From NCBI GenBank assembly GCA_037481775.1, contig JBBFKZ010000026.1, forward strand, positions 1 through 18,764: DNA of 18,764 nucleotides. Direction: 5' to 3'. This stretch comes from Candidatus Bathyarchaeia archaeon. GTDB lineage: Archaea > Thermoproteota > Bathyarchaeia > Bathyarchaeales > Bathycorpusculaceae. The translations under genes and the position numbers were made by a program. This document shows, in pieces, positions 1-10,077 of the stretch (position 1 is its first letter; each line of letters begins with the position of its first letter). A model generated the notes under the pieces. That model worked only from the letters and a program-made list of their open reading frames with translations, was not told the origin of the DNA and ran no database searches.

Positions 1-1572
1 ATCTTTAGTCAGATAGTTTTCCCTTCGAGTAAAAAAGTACGCGCCTGTGATGAAGTCTCGGATGGCGCCAATTATTGGACCTCCAAATCTTGGCGAAAGT
101 ATCTGATCTTGGACTTGCATGAGCAAAAGAGCCTCTGTTTGGGCTTCCTCGCTCTGTGGTACATGGAGGTTCATTTCGTCACCATCAAAGTCAGCGTTGT
201 AAGGTGGACAAACGCACAAGTGCAAGCGGAAAGTTTTGTAAGGCAAAACACGCACATAATGCGCCATGATAGACATCCTGTGCAGCGAGGGCTGACGATT
301 GAATATTGCTATATCGCCGTTCTTAAGATGACGCTCTACAACGAAGCCTGGTTCTATGGCTTCGGCGATTTTTGTTCTGTCCACTACGAACTCAAGCCGT
401 ATGCGCTTTCCATCGGGTCTAATAATGTAGAGGGCGCCTGGATACTTGTCAGGACCGTTTATGACGAGTTTCTTCAGTTCCTCAATATTCCAAGTGGTTA
501 CTTTTTCAGGCACTGATAGGCGCATGGCCACATCCTGTGGAACGCCTACCTCGTTTATGTCAAGGTTTGGATCTGGAGAGATAACAGTTCTTGCAGAGAA
601 GTCAACTCTTTTACCTGAGAGGTTGCTTCTAAAGCGCCCTTCTTTTCCCTTCAACCTCTGCGAGAGAGTTTTTAAAGCCCGCCCAGATCGATGCCGCGCG
701 GGAGGTATACCTGAGGCTTCGTTGTTGAAGTAAGTTGTAACGTGATATTGGAGAAGTTCAGACAAGTCTTGAATTATAAGGGTTGGTGCTCCTGCTTCCA
801 TGTTCTCTTTAAGCCGCTGGTTAATGCGGATAATGTCAACAAGCTTGTGAGTTAAGTCATCTTCCGAGCGGATTCCTGACTCCAGCGTGATAGATGGTCG
901 AACGTAGACTGGAGGTACAGGCAAAACTTGGAGAACCATCCATTCAGGTCTTGCTACTTTGGGGTTGAATCCTAAAATTTCCAAATCTTCGTCTGAAATA
1001 CGCTCAAGTCTTTCTCTAATCATGCTTGGCGTTAACGGTTCAGAGCCTGTTTCTGTTTGCTCTGTGAACTTTGTGGGCTTCTCAAAAGTTATTTTGTACT
1101 GCGGAGCTGCACAATGGGGGCATTGTTTAGCCTTAATCTCTTGCATAATGCTCTTGTGCACTTCGTCAGGTATTGTGCCTAAGAGTGACTTGTATTTCTC
1201 GATGCGACCGCGAATTTTTTTCGCCGATTCTTCTGATAAAAGTATGCGACCGCAATTGCGGCATGTTGCTTTCAAAAGTTCATGGATTATCTTTGTAAAT
1301 TCTATGTGGACTATGGGCACCGCCAGTTCAATGTGTCCGAAGTGGCCGGGACAGCGAACCGCTGTATTACCGCATGTTTTACATCGCTGACGGGGCTCGA
1401 GGGTTCCTAATCGCCCATCCATCAGGCCTGCTGTGATAGGTGCTCCGTCTTCATCGTAAGTGTCGGGTGTTTGAATTTCTACAACTGATTGCTTTCTTAG
1501 GTCTTGGGGGGAAATTAAGCCGAAAGAGATTTCATCAACAACTTTATGAATTGGTTCTTCTGAAGACATCAT
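1..1572 (-). CDS. rpoA1: DNA-directed RNA polymerase subunit A' (Rpo1N), 3' end runs off the window
   Basis: Not in the ORF track because there is no stop in the window. Manual translation gives [22 protein letters not shown]...[36 protein letters not shown] (zinc site) and the catalytic [14 protein letters not shown] at ~165-206. The ATG overlaps the rpoB stop (ATGA); alternative start at 1569. Confidence 0.98.
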   Translation of the reverse strand, partial: MMSSEEPIHKVVDEISFGLISPQDLRKQSVVEIQTPDTYDEDGAPITAGLMDGRLGTLEPRQRCKTCGNTAVRCPGHFGHIELAVPIVHIEFTKIIHELLKATCRNCGRILLSEESAKKIRGRIEKYKSLLGTIPDEVHKSIMQEIKAKQCPHCAAPQYKITFEKPTKFTEQTETGSEPLTPSMIRERLERISDEDLEILGFNPKVARPEWMVLQVLPVPPVYVRPSITLESGIRSEDDLTHKLVDIIRINQRLKENMEAGAPTLIIQDLSELLQYHVTTYFNNEASGIPPARHRSGRALKTLSQRLKGKEGRFRSNLSGKRVDFSARTVISPDPNLDINEVGVPQDVAMRLSVPEKVTTWNIEELKKLVINGPDKYPGALYIIRPDGKRIRLEFVVDRTKIAEAIEPGFVVERHLKNGDIAIFNRQPSLHRMSIMAHYVRVLPYKTFRLHLCVCPPYNADFDGDEMNLHVPQSEEAQTEALLLMQVQDQILSPRFGGPIIGAIRDFITGAYFFTRRENYLTKD

Positions 1573-4500
1573 GCCTTCTCCTTTAGTTTTAATTTTGGTG
1601 TAATACACAAACTTTGGAGTTCTTGAAGCAATAGCTTGAAAGCGTAAGAAATGATCACAGGTGAAATCTTGGCTTTTTCATCGCAGATTTTGCATATGTA
1701 TTTTCGCTGCTTCATGTCAAAATAGGCAATTTGCCCGCAGTTTTCGCACACATACAAAGTGTACTTGTCAGATTCCTCTAGCAACCTATCTCTGAGCAGC
1801 ATTGCAGCACCGTGGCCTATAAGGCAGTCGCGTTCCATTTCGCCGAATCTTAAACCACCGCCTCTGGCGCGGCCTTCAGTGGGTTGCCTTGTTAACATTT
1901 GCACTTGCCCGCGTGCTCGGGCATGGATTTTGTCGGCCACCATGTGATGGAGCTTCTGGTAGTAAACGATGCCAACAAATATGTCGGCAACAAATTTTTC
2001 GCCCGTCATTCCGTTGTAGAATACTTCAGTGCCTGTGTGGCTGAATCCAAGCTTTACAAGGTTTTTCCTGATTACCTCAGGTCCTTCATTGGAGAATGGG
2101 GTACCATCTGCGGGTTTTCCTCGGGCAGCAGCCATTTTTCCAGCTAGAGACTCGATGAATTGGCCAATCGTCATTCTTGAGGGTATAGCGTGAGGATTTA
2201 TTATTATGTCTGGAACTATGCCGTCCTCTGTAAAAGGCATGTCTTCCTGTGGAACTATTAAGCCTATAACACCTTTTTGTCCATGGCGGGAGGCAAACTT
2301 GTCGCCTAACTCTGGAACACGCTGATCGCGAACCCTGACCTTCACGAGTTTGCTGCCTTCTCCAGATTGCGTTACGAATATTCCATCAACGACTCCTGTT
2401 TCTGAAGGACGCATATCCACAGAGGTATCTCTCATGGAGGGCCCTTTAACCTCAAATTCCTTATATTCCTCGAGGAATCTGGGCGGGCTTATTCTTCCAA
2501 TTAGAACGTCTCCGCCTACGACTGCTGATTCTAGACTTACGATTCCATCAGACTCGAGTAGCCTGTAATACTGTTCACCACGATAGCCGCGAGTTCCTGG
2601 TTCAGGAATCGTAAATTTGTCTTTCAAACCGCCTAGGTATTGGCGGCATTCGGCTTCGTATATCCTATAGAAGGTGGAGCGCGCTAGGCCTCTTTCTATT
2701 GAAGCTTTGTTGAAGATTAAGGCGTCTTCCATGTTGTAGCCTTCGAAGCTGAGAACTGCGACGACGCAGTTTTGTCCTGTAGGCCGCTGTTTGTAGCCGA
2801 TAACATCCATTAGTTCAGTTTCAACCAGAGGCGCTTGCGGATAATGGAGTATATGCGACCTTGAATCCACTCTATAATGGAAGTTTGTGCCATATACGCC
2901 TAATGCTTGCTTGGCCATAGCAGCTTGGTATGAGTTGCGTGGTGACTGGTTGTGCTCGGGATAGGGTATAGTTGATGCACAAATTCCCAAAATAGTGTAT
3001 GTTGCAATTTCAGCATGCGTATGTTGAGGAGTGATCCCGCCTAATGATAAAGCAATATACGCGTTTTCTTCTTCATCAGCGTCCAAATATTCAATCAAAC
3101 CGTTTTTCACAAGATCCTCCCAGGTCCATTCGCCGAGACTTAGTTTTTCAAGATGCTCCGGCTGAAGCTTGGAAACACCGTTTTCAATAATTATTAAGGG
3201 ACGCCTCACTCGTCCTTCATCACAGTTTACATGCACTTCTTCTGTCTCGCTTTGCTTTTTAGAGAAATAGGTTATGTTAACTTCGGTTGAGATTTCCCCT
3301 TTTCTCCGTTTTTCTCTGAAAATTTTGACCATCTCTGGTGCTGAGGAGCAATATCCAACGATGTTGCCATCAACGAAAACTTTGGCTCCGGAAAGACGCA
3401 ATGCTTCAGGAGCTTCATAAGCGGGAACCACTCCCATCTCAAAAAGTAACTGTTTGATTTTCTCGGGGTTCACGCCTACAGAGATTGATGCGGACAATGC
3501 TAAATTCTTCACTAGACCACAGTTAGATCCTTCAGGCGTCTCGTTAGGACATAAACGACCCCAATGTGTTGGGTGCAAATCTCGAGCCTCAAAGTTAGGC
3601 TGACTTCGGCTCAGTGGTGACTGAAGACGTCGCAGGTGGCTGAGCGTTGAGACATAGTTTGTTCTATCTAAGAGCTGAGTTATACCGACCCGGCCTCTTC
3701 CCCAGTTTCCAGTGGCGAGGGCATGCTGGAATCTTTCAGAAATTATTCCTGGCCGGACAGCGGTAGACACTGTTATTACTGGTCCTTTTAGACCTATACG
3801 TTCAAGTTGATATTTTATATCACGAATCAAGTTTTTGAAAGATACACGGAACAAGTCGGCGAGAAGCGGCCCGGCAAGTCTGAGACGCTTGTTCTTGAAG
3901 TGGTCTTTATCATCAAGTTGCCTTCTGCCGAGCTTAAGTTGAATAACACGGTAAGCCATTTCACCGAGGAATAGCGCTTTGTCTTTGCGGTTACTTTCGC
4001 TTCTGCCCAAATGTGGCAAAAAGTTCTTGTCTAGGGCTGTTTCAGCTTTTTGCAGACGGTACTCTTCGACTTGCCCGTGGGCTACACGGTTTCCAATAAA
4101 TAGCATTGCGTCTTTCTGTGTATCTACACCTATTGCTTTTTCGAATGATGCGCTTAACTCCATTTGAATAGTCTTATCGAGAGAAACTGCCTCAGCAATT
4201 TCTTTATCCTTTTCCAAACCGAGAGCGCGCATTATCACCACAAAGGGCATTTCGGTTGGCACGCCGGGCATTGTGACGTATATGGCGTCGTCTGGTTTCA
4301 GCTTTAATTCTATTCGCGCCCTGAAGCCCACAGTGGTTGAGAATATTTTTGCCTGATAAACTGGTGAGGTTCCCTTATCATCTATGTCAACGATTACGCG
4401 GTTAGGCGCTAAATCTTCCATGGCGACTATGACTCGTTCAGAGCCATTAACTATGAAGTAGCCGCCGGGGTCATCTGGATCTTCGCCTGCGGCGATCAGT

Positions 4501-4934
4501 TCTTCCCTTGAAAGCTGCGAAAGGAAGCATAATTTTGACTTTAGCATAACAGGGATGCTTCCGATGTAAACCAGTTCAGTGTCTTGTTCCCTTCCATCGA
4601 TTACAGGTGTCATTTCAAGGGCTATGGGTGCTGCATACGTGAGATTCCGAAGCCTTGCTTCCATCGGGTAAATTTCATGTTTAGTGCCGTCTACCTCTGT
4701 GACATATGGCCCAGTTATACGCGATTGAGGATCAATAATCCAAACTTGTCCGAGCTTTACTTTATATGGACTTTCGGGAACTTCAATGTCGATTTCGCCG
4801 ACCTCGTCCACCACTTCCTGTAAGCCATGGTCTATGAACTCGTTGTATGAATCAAGGTGCTGCCTTACTAGGCCTTTCTCGTTGAAAAAGGATTTCAACA
4901 AAATGCGTGCATCTTCTTTTGAAAGTTCAGCCAA
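1569..4934 (-). CDS. rpoB: DNA-directed RNA polymerase subunit B (Rpo2), unsplit
   Basis: 1121 aa with [55 protein letters not shown] and a C-terminal CENC...CKIC zinc ribbon. TTG start preceded by GGAGATAGGT. Confidence 0.99.
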   Translation of the reverse strand: MAELSKEDARILLKSFFNEKGLVRQHLDSYNEFIDHGLQEVVDEVGEIDIEVPESPYKVKLGQVWIIDPQSRITGPYVTEVDGTKHEIYPMEARLRNLTYAAPIALEMTPVIDGREQDTELVYIGSIPVMLKSKLCFLSQLSREELIAAGEDPDDPGGYFIVNGSERVIVAMEDLAPNRVIVDIDDKGTSPVYQAKIFSTTVGFRARIELKLKPDDAIYVTMPGVPTEMPFVVIMRALGLEKDKEIAEAVSLDKTIQMELSASFEKAIGVDTQKDAMLFIGNRVAHGQVEEYRLQKAETALDKNFLPHLGRSESNRKDKALFLGEMAYRVIQLKLGRRQLDDKDHFKNKRLRLAGPLLADLFRVSFKNLIRDIKYQLERIGLKGPVITVSTAVRPGIISERFQHALATGNWGRGRVGITQLLDRTNYVSTLSHLRRLQSPLSRSQPNFEARDLHPTHWGRLCPNETPEGSNCGLVKNLALSASISVGVNPEKIKQLLFEMGVVPAYEAPEALRLSGAKVFVDGNIVGYCSSAPEMVKIFREKRRKGEISTEVNITYFSKKQSETEEVHVNCDEGRVRRPLIIIENGVSKLQPEHLEKLSLGEWTWEDLVKNGLIEYLDADEEENAYIALSLGGITPQHTHAEIATYTILGICASTIPYPEHNQSPRNSYQAAMAKQALGVYGTNFHYRVDSRSHILHYPQAPLVETELMDVIGYKQRPTGQNCVVAVLSFEGYNMEDALIFNKASIERGLARSTFYRIYEAECRQYLGGLKDKFTIPEPGTRGYRGEQYYRLLESDGIVSLESAVVGGDVLIGRISPPRFLEEYKEFEVKGPSMRDTSVDMRPSETGVVDGIFVTQSGEGSKLVKVRVRDQRVPELGDKFASRHGQKGVIGLIVPQEDMPFTEDGIVPDIIINPHAIPSRMTIGQFIESLAGKMAAARGKPADGTPFSNEGPEVIRKNLVKLGFSHTGTEVFYNGMTGEKFVADIFVGIVYYQKLHHMVADKIHARARGQVQMLTRQPTEGRARGGGLRFGEMERDCLIGHGAAMLLRDRLLEESDKYTLYVCENCGQIAYFDMKQRKYICKICDEKAKISPVIISYAFKLLLQELQSLCITPKLKLKEKA

Positions 4935-4975
4935 CTTTACCTATCTCCCACATTTTTTTAAATACGTAAACATGC

Positions 4976-4995
4976 TTTTTTTAAGCGGGTTTTTC
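4976..4995 (-). promoter_or_regulatory. candidate BRE/TATA promoter of the rpoB-rpoA1 operon
   Basis: Minus strand reads GAAAAACCCG-CTTAAAAAAA about 45-60 nt upstream of the TTG start. Confidence 0.35.
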
Positions 4996-5650
4996 AAACT
5001 TATGATTTCCTCCGTGTCGGAGTGACCAATTTGAAAAAGGGTCTCCTATCTTTAGAGAGCACAAACACATGCTACACCGCTTACTAATAAACTTTTTTAT
5101 GCACTTGGTAGTAAACCATGGCTTTTTTAAACTTTTTAGAGTATTGTACAATAATAGCTTTTTCATTAGTGTATTGCGCCCGCGAATTCTGAAGAAAGAG
5201 AATATTCACTATGAAAACGGAGATAACTGATAAACAAGCCTGATTTTGAAGAATACAAGAGTTTTGCGATTTTAATTAGCAGCGCCATTTCGCCTGTCTC
5301 GTGGCTTCGGGATTTTCGCTTTTATATCTCTGGACTTTAGAAGGAAGTCAAGTTCAGCGTCATTTTTACTTTAAACATATTAATGATGCGTGCTTGATTC
5401 CATTGGAAAAGCAACAGAATAGCCCCTCTATAGGTTTCTGCAATGAATCGCTAATATGCGCCAAATATGACGGTGCGGCTGGAGAGTTGGTTGTTTTTGG
5501 ACGGCGTTGTGTTACGTATTATTGTGCTATTCCTTTTTTTGTGGTGGTATTGGGATAGGATTTAACTTGGATTCTGATTCTGAATTCAGAGGGAGATTTC
5601 ACAACAAATATTCTTAAGCAAAAACAAAAGGGAACAGCTAGGGTTAAAAC

Positions 5651-7270
5651 TTGAACAAGATATCTGCAGGAAAAGAACAAAAACTACTAGCCATCTTAGC
5701 TCTAGCTACACTACTACTTTTTATGCAGCAACTTAACGTTACGGTGCAAGCGGCAACAGAGTACCAGAGATACGTCCACACATATTATAATACCCTTAAC
5801 CGTGGTAACTGGACTTACATTGAGAAGCCCATTTTCCCACTTTACCTTAACAAGTCACAAGTACCTATAGGACAGAACTGGACTACTGTTTGCCCACTGG
5901 AAGCCGGCCGCAGTTACCATGTGTACTGCTATGGTGCATGGATAAACACAGGCCCAAAGCCTAAGACAGACTATGACATCTGCGTCTATAACCCAGAAGG
6001 CGCATTAGAGAGCATACATACCGAAGCCGCTGGATTGCCGGAGCATTTGGGCACAACTGCGGATGACGCGTTCTTTGTACCTGCCAGCTCGGGTAACTAC
6101 ACCTTTGTGCTTATGAATGATGCGCGAGAGAGCTATGGTGCTGAACAAGCTACGTTTATGATAATAGAGAATATTGAATGTAACAAGTGGTATGAGCACA
6201 ATGTGACGGGAAAAATAGCTAACGTGCCGACGTTCAGAACTAGTTGGGCTTACGAGTTTATGACTGATAGTGAACGCATAGAAGTTTGGGTGCGCGTTCC
6301 CGACACGCTAGACATGTATGAAGCACGCCTTTATCTAATGAGCAACGCGAAGTCATTAAGGGTAAATAATGTTTCACTACCTTGGGAGCCTGGGCTCTAC
6401 GGCAACTTAAGCGACGTAGGCGGCTACAACCTTGAAAGTGAAGGATACCGTGGCGTAGCATACGCAAGCTGCGAGTTTAATGGTCAAGACATGTATCTGA
6501 ACTATACTCAGCCGTTTCCAGGCAACAATTTGTATCATTTGGTTTTAATTGGCGAACTTGGCGAGGGAACAATAGAATTTCTGGTTAAAACAAAGTTCGA
6601 CGCCGCCTTAATACCCTTGGCGATTCCCCGTAAAGTCACACCTATTGACTCGACAGAGATTGCATACAAGGCAAATAACACAGAGTTAGAGAACGCCACA
6701 CTTAGGTATACAGTTGACAATTGGAAGAATGTAAATGTGATAGAGATGACTGTTAGTAACATGACGTGCAACGCTACAATCCCGCAACAGAAAGCTGGCA
6801 GCTTCGTAGAGTATAAAGTTCAAGCAACAGACATGATGAAAAATCAACTCACCGCTGTGGGAAACTTTACAGTCAAATATCCCTCAGCTGTAACGGACTT
6901 TAATGTCACCCGCACAAAGGTGACTATAGGCGAAAATATAACAGCAATAGGAACACTGTCTGCCGAAGCCGCGGGTGCACCTGTAACAGTCACGTTTACG
7001 TCTGTAAACGCCACAGAAAAACTGCAGTGCAAAGCGCTTGAAAACGGCACTTTCACCGTGAGCTATCAGCCGTTGACCACTGGAACGTGGCTGGTTCAAG
7101 CTGCATTCGCTGGAAATGAAACCGTCTATGAGTGCGAGAGCGCGATTGTGATGGTAACGGTGGAGGAACCCTCATTCCTCTCCCTGTATGGACTATACAT
7201 TGGCGGCGGCGTCGGCGGAAGCCTAGCCGCAGCAGGCGCAGTAGTTTATATAAAGAAGTACAGAGAATAG
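5651..7270 (+). CDS. secreted, C-terminally membrane-anchored beta-rich glycoprotein (PPC-like and Ig-like domains), function unknown
   Basis: N-terminal signal peptide ending VQA. PPC-like motif TDYDICVYNPEG...GNYTFVL. Ig-like C-terminal domain (GTFTVSY...GTWLVQAAFAGN). C-terminal TM followed by KKYRE. More than a dozen N-X-S/T sequons. Confidence 0.8.
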   Translation: MNKISAGKEQKLLAILALATLLLFMQQLNVTVQAATEYQRYVHTYYNTLNRGNWTYIEKPIFPLYLNKSQVPIGQNWTTVCPLEAGRSYHVYCYGAWINTGPKPKTDYDICVYNPEGALESIHTEAAGLPEHLGTTADDAFFVPASSGNYTFVLMNDARESYGAEQATFMIIENIECNKWYEHNVTGKIANVPTFRTSWAYEFMTDSERIEVWVRVPDTLDMYEARLYLMSNAKSLRVNNVSLPWEPGLYGNLSDVGGYNLESEGYRGVAYASCEFNGQDMYLNYTQPFPGNNLYHLVLIGELGEGTIEFLVKTKFDAALIPLAIPRKVTPIDSTEIAYKANNTELENATLRYTVDNWKNVNVIEMTVSNMTCNATIPQQKAGSFVEYKVQATDMMKNQLTAVGNFTVKYPSAVTDFNVTRTKVTIGENITAIGTLSAEAAGAPVTVTFTSVNATEKLQCKALENGTFTVSYQPLTTGTWLVQAAFAGNETVYECESAIVMVTVEEPSFLSLYGLYIGGGVGGSLAAAGAVVYIKKYRE

Positions 7271-7288
7271 CCTAAAGGTCAAGTTGTG

Positions 7289-7304
7289 GGAAATAATTAA
7301 TAAG
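7289..7304 (+). promoter_or_regulatory. BRE/TATA promoter of the tRNA gene
   Basis: GGAAATAA-TTAATAAG ending 29 nt before the mature tRNA 5' end. Confidence 0.6.
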
Positions 7305-7332
7305 AAAGTCATTGAATTTTCTTAGTTTGTGT

Positions 7333-7451
7333 GCAGCGGTAACCAAGCCAGGTCAAAGGTGAAGGACTCAAGATCGACGCTTTGATCGAAGGCGCCCAGA
7401 TGGGATATCCTTTCCCGTAGGGGTTCGCAGGTTCAAATCCTGCCCGCTGCA
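7333..7451 (+). tRNA. tRNA-Leu (anticodon CAA) with an intron at position 37/38
   Basis: Acceptor stem GCAGCGG/CCGCTGC, D arm ACC...GGT, anticodon stem AAGGA/TCCTT with CT-CAA-G, long variable arm CCCGTAGGGG, T arm GCAGG-TTCAAAT-CCTGC, discriminator A at 7451. A full CCA is not encoded (ACCT). Confidence 0.96.
7373..7406 (+). other. 34-nt tRNA intron with a bulge-helix-bulge splice motif
   Basis: Central 4-bp helix CTCA(7367-70)/TGGG(7401-04), 3-nt bulges AG|A and AT|A, closing TC/GA pairs and an internal CGCTTT/AAGGCG hairpin. Confidence 0.9.
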
Positions 7452-7532
7452 CCTCAGAACTTCGTCTATGAGCGGGTAAGTTCAGATCGGCTTTCAGCAT
7501 TAAAGCAATCAACAGGGTTTATGTGCACAATT

Positions 7533-7576
7533 TTGTAATACAGTAATGTTTTTAGCTTTCCATGAAATTATTACAA
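7533..7576. promoter_or_regulatory. inverted repeat, probable vapBC autoregulatory operator
   Basis: TTGTAATA (7533-7540) and TATTACAA (7569-7576) bracket a T-rich TATA-like stretch just upstream of the antitoxin start. Confidence 0.5.
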
Positions 7577-7593
7577 CAGTAGTGAAAACATTT

Positions 7594-7815
7594 ATGTCTA
7601 CAACGTTTACGATACGCATACCTCGAGAACTTAAAGAGAAAATGGAGCAGAATCCTGCAGAATGGAGTCAAGAAGTCAGAGCTTTCCTTGAGGAAAGAGT
7701 GAAACAAATCGAATTGATGAAGACACTTCAAGAAATAGGAAAGCGAGCAGAAAAAAGGAAAACAAAAACAGACTCTACAAAACTCATCAGGGAGGACCGA
7801 GAACGCCAAGCCTAA
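7594..7815 (+). CDS. vapB: VapB-type ribbon-helix-helix antitoxin
   Basis: 73 aa from ATG 7594: MSTTFTIRIPRELKEKM...WSQEVRAFLEERV...STKLIREDRE, the typical archaeal RHH antitoxin pattern. Overlaps a PIN-domain gene. Confidence 0.88.
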   Translation: MSTTFTIRIPRELKEKMEQNPAEWSQEVRAFLEERVKQIELMKTLQEIGKRAEKRKTKTDSTKLIREDRERQA

Positions 7816-8237
7816 TTCTTGACTCTAGCATAATCGTGAAGCTTATTCTAAACGAAGCAGGCTCAGAAGAAGCCGCAGTAACAGTCGCCAACGCGCTAAA
7901 GAAAGGATACGCCCTCCACACAGTAGATCTTGCTTTAGCTGAATGCTTGAACGTCATATGGAAGCACATAAGCATAATTAAAGATTTGAAAGCAGAAGAG
8001 GCAAACGGTGCAGTAGAAGACCTTACAAAACTATATGATGGCTTAAAGGTTATTGTTGGGCGTGAAATTGCGGCGGAAGCTATGCACGTTGTGTTAGCCC
8101 AAAACATAAGCGCTTATGACGCACTTTATATCGCAGCAGCACAGAAAATCAACGGCACATTATACACTGCAGACCAAAAACTCTATGCGTTGGCAAGCAG
8201 AAGCGGAAACACAAAATTATTAAAGAGCGAACCATAA
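7803..8237 (+). CDS. vapC: VapC-type PIN-domain toxin (start uncertain, upstream of the ORF-track GTG at 7836)
   Basis: In-frame extension gives (T)PSLILDSSIIVKLILNE. All four acidic PIN positions are present: LILD, LAEC, SAYDAL, LYTAD. Confidence 0.9.
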   Translation, partial: TPSLILDSSIIVKLILNEAGSEEAAVTVANALKKGYALHTVDLALAECLNVIWKHISIIKDLKAEEANGAVEDLTKLYDGLKVIVGREIAAEAMHVVLAQNISAYDALYIAAAQKINGTLYTADQKLYALASRSGNTKLLKSEP

Positions 8238-8418
8238 AATAGGCACCGCCAAAAATTCTTCGCCCTCCCTATATAAGAGGACACAAATGATATTATGCGT
8301 TAATGAGCACAAACTCATGGTCTGCTCAGGTCAACAGGCACTATCGACGGCAGTACGCATGGCACGTGTGACTTCAAGTTTTTGCAAACTAACAAAGTAA
8401 AACCAAACAAACCACGTA

Positions 8419-9186
8419 TTAAAGGCTAAAGGCAGGCTCAGAAGCAATCGAAGCCAGAAGCCGATCGGCAGCCGCTTCCTGTTCTGCTGTGTCGCTGATG
8501 GCAAGCCAGCAGCATCCTTCTGCGCCGCAGACGCCGCCGGCAGCTATTAGTTCAGCATCCGCGCCTGTTAGAAGTTTTATAGCTTCGATTTCGGTGAATA
8601 CTTGCCCGGGCATGGGGAATAGGCGGAAGCCGCTTGCGCCGGGCGCGTTAACCTTTTCAGCTAAGCAATGTAAGTCGCCGTTTACGCGTTTTTCCAAGCC
8701 AACGGGCACGATGAGCTTTACGCGGCGGCCGAGCACTGCTTGAAGTGCCACGGCGATGGTGCCTGCTTTCGGGTGCCCTATGAGGAGGGCTGCTTGCTTG
8801 CGTTGTAGATCCACTGCATTGGCGCCTTTCAGTATGACGTCGCCTTCTTTGAGTTCGTCGATTACGTCGGCGATGGTTTTGCCTTTGCGCCATTCGCCTC
8901 GGGTTATTATTACATCGCCGGGGAATTGGGTTTCGTCGTGTAATCGGCCTTCTGTGGTTACTGGTATGCCTGGCGGTAGGGTGATGCCGCGGAAAAAGCG
9001 TTTCCGTGAAAAGCCTGCGGCTTGTCCGATTGAGTTTAGGATTTCTTCGGCTACGTAGCCGTTTGTGGTGCCAGCGACGATGACGAGTGTTCCATTCTTT
9101 AGAGCGCTTGTTACTGCTGGGTGTTTTGTTAGCGCTTTAGCTATTAGGCGTTTTCCGGCTGCGGGTGTGATTATGAATTGTTTCAT
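8419..9186 (-). CDS. conserved hypothetical protein, probable NagB/RpiA/CoA-transferase-like alpha/beta fold
   Basis: 255 aa soluble protein with [27 protein letters not shown] and LIVPVGLEK, resembling the eIF2B/RpiA-like superfamily. The fold is inferred. Confidence 0.7.
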   Translation of the reverse strand: MKQFIITPAAGKRLIAKALTKHPAVTSALKNGTLVIVAGTTNGYVAEEILNSIGQAAGFSRKRFFRGITLPPGIPVTTEGRLHDETQFPGDVIITRGEWRKGKTIADVIDELKEGDVILKGANAVDLQRKQAALLIGHPKAGTIAVALQAVLGRRVKLIVPVGLEKRVNGDLHCLAEKVNAPGASGFRLFPMPGQVFTEIEAIKLLTGADAELIAAGGVCGAEGCCWLAISDTAEQEAAADRLLASIASEPAFSL

Positions 9187-9289
9187 AGGCTTGTACTTCC
9201 TTCAGAGTCTTGCGGTAGTATTGTTTTTTGGTGGTAATTAAGTTCTACTGTTGAGCACGTGCCTCTTTAGGAAGACTTTGTTTGGCGTG

Positions 9290-9348
9290 TAGGCTATTTG
9301 TTCGTCAGTTGCAGCGTTGCGTGGCTGGCAGAATAGCTGACGACACGG
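9290..9348. repeat. 59-bp structured direct repeat, copy 1
   Basis: TAGGCTATTTGTTCGTCAGTTGCAGCGTTGCGTGGCTGGCAGAATAGCTGACGACACGG; 48/59 identical, ungapped, to 10019-10077. Confidence 0.85.
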
Positions 9349-9408
9349 TTGTTGAATGTTTTGCTGGATTTTTGTTGTGTATTTGTGTAGTTCATTTCGA
9401 CAATAAAA

Positions 9409-9416
9409 TTTATTAA
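9409..9416 (+). promoter_or_regulatory. TATA box for the 9456 gene
   Basis: TTTATTAA after an A-rich BRE-like run, 40 nt upstream of an ATG that has an AGGAGAG SD-like motif. Confidence 0.55.
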
Positions 9417-9455
9417 GACTTAAGACTAGCTACTTGATACAAAGGAGAGCAAACA

Positions 9456-9905
9456 ATGAGCCTGGCAAAACTCTCAACAAAAACACTACTACTCATAATA
9501 ACCACAGGAGTAATCCTAACCGCCGTCACTACAGGTGCACTTACAGTAACCAAACCAATACCCGCAACAGGCACCATATCAACAATAAACTTAGAAGCCT
9601 ATTTAGACGTTGCATGTAGCCAACCCGTAACATCGATAGACTGGGGAACTATCTCGCCGGGAGCCACAGTAACCAGAACAGTATACTTAAAAAACACTGG
9701 TAGCGTACAAATGACGCTCAGCATGACGCCAAGCAATTGGAGCCCGACAAGCGCAAATGGACCAATAACTATTTTTTGGGATAAAGAAGGTGCAACTTTG
9801 CCGCCTGGTCAAACAACAGCGGCAGTCATTACACTACGTGTCTCAAGCAGCATCAGTGGCATCACAAGCTTCAGCTGCAATATAGTCATAACGGGAACAG
9901 CGTAA
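9456..9905 (+). CDS. small secreted all-beta protein, TasA/CalY-like candidate
   Basis: 149 aa, Thr/Ser-rich. Hydrophobic N-terminus, then GTISTINLEAY and IDWGTISPGATVTRTVYLKNTGSV. Paralogous to 16913-17482. Confidence 0.75.
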   Translation: MSLAKLSTKTLLLIITTGVILTAVTTGALTVTKPIPATGTISTINLEAYLDVACSQPVTSIDWGTISPGATVTRTVYLKNTGSVQMTLSMTPSNWSPTSANGPITIFWDKEGATLPPGQTTAAVITLRVSSSISGITSFSCNIVITGTA

Positions 9906-9915
9906 AACAACATCC

Positions 9916-9927
9916 TTTTTCTTTTTT
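9916..9927 (+). terminator. oligo-T archaeal terminator
   Basis: TTTTTCTTTTTT 10 nt after the stop of the 9456-9905 gene. Confidence 0.6.
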
Positions 9928-10018
9928 AAGCCACAGCAACAGAAAAAGCTCGATGGACGCATAAAGCAAAGCAGTGCATGCGTTAAGTCTAAAAATTGAA
10001 AAATCAAGAGGCAACATT

Positions 10019-10077
10019 TAGGCTATGTGTTCGTCAACTGCAGCACCTCACGGCTGACAGAATCGCTGACGACACGG
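10019..10077. repeat. 59-bp structured direct repeat, copy 2
   Basis: TAGGCTATGTGTTCGTCAACTGCAGCACCTCACGGCTGACAGAATCGCTGACGACACGG; imperfect hairpin GTGT-T-CGTCA...CAGC-N8-GCTG...TGACG-ACAC. Confidence 0.85.

Noticed and set aside
109-4823. Plus-strand ORFs over rpoA1 and rpoB (109-516, 446-733, 959-1390 and others)
   Set aside because: Antisense shadows of highly conserved genes with no protein-like features.
4981-5558. ORFs 4981-5166 (-) and 5301-5558 (+) as rpoH or other small genes
   Set aside because: No RpoH motifs, and the composition looks like translated AT-rich intergenic DNA.
7309-7512. 67-aa minus-strand ORF
   Set aside because: Antisense to the tRNA-Leu gene.
7333-8237. Integrated element or prophage at tRNA-Leu
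   Set aside because: No integrase, no att duplication and no phage or plasmid genes seen in the window.
8287-8400. 37-codon ORF after CTATATAA and GAGG
   Set aside because: Too short, with no recognisable motif, and the TATA-to-start spacing is too tight to support it.
9290-10077. Repeats as a CRISPR array, canonical integron attC sites or C/D-box sRNAs
   Set aside because: Only two copies 670 bp apart and no cas genes. No RYYYAAC/GTTRRRY boxes symmetric about the hairpin and no integrase. CTGA is present but there is no RTGATGA C box.
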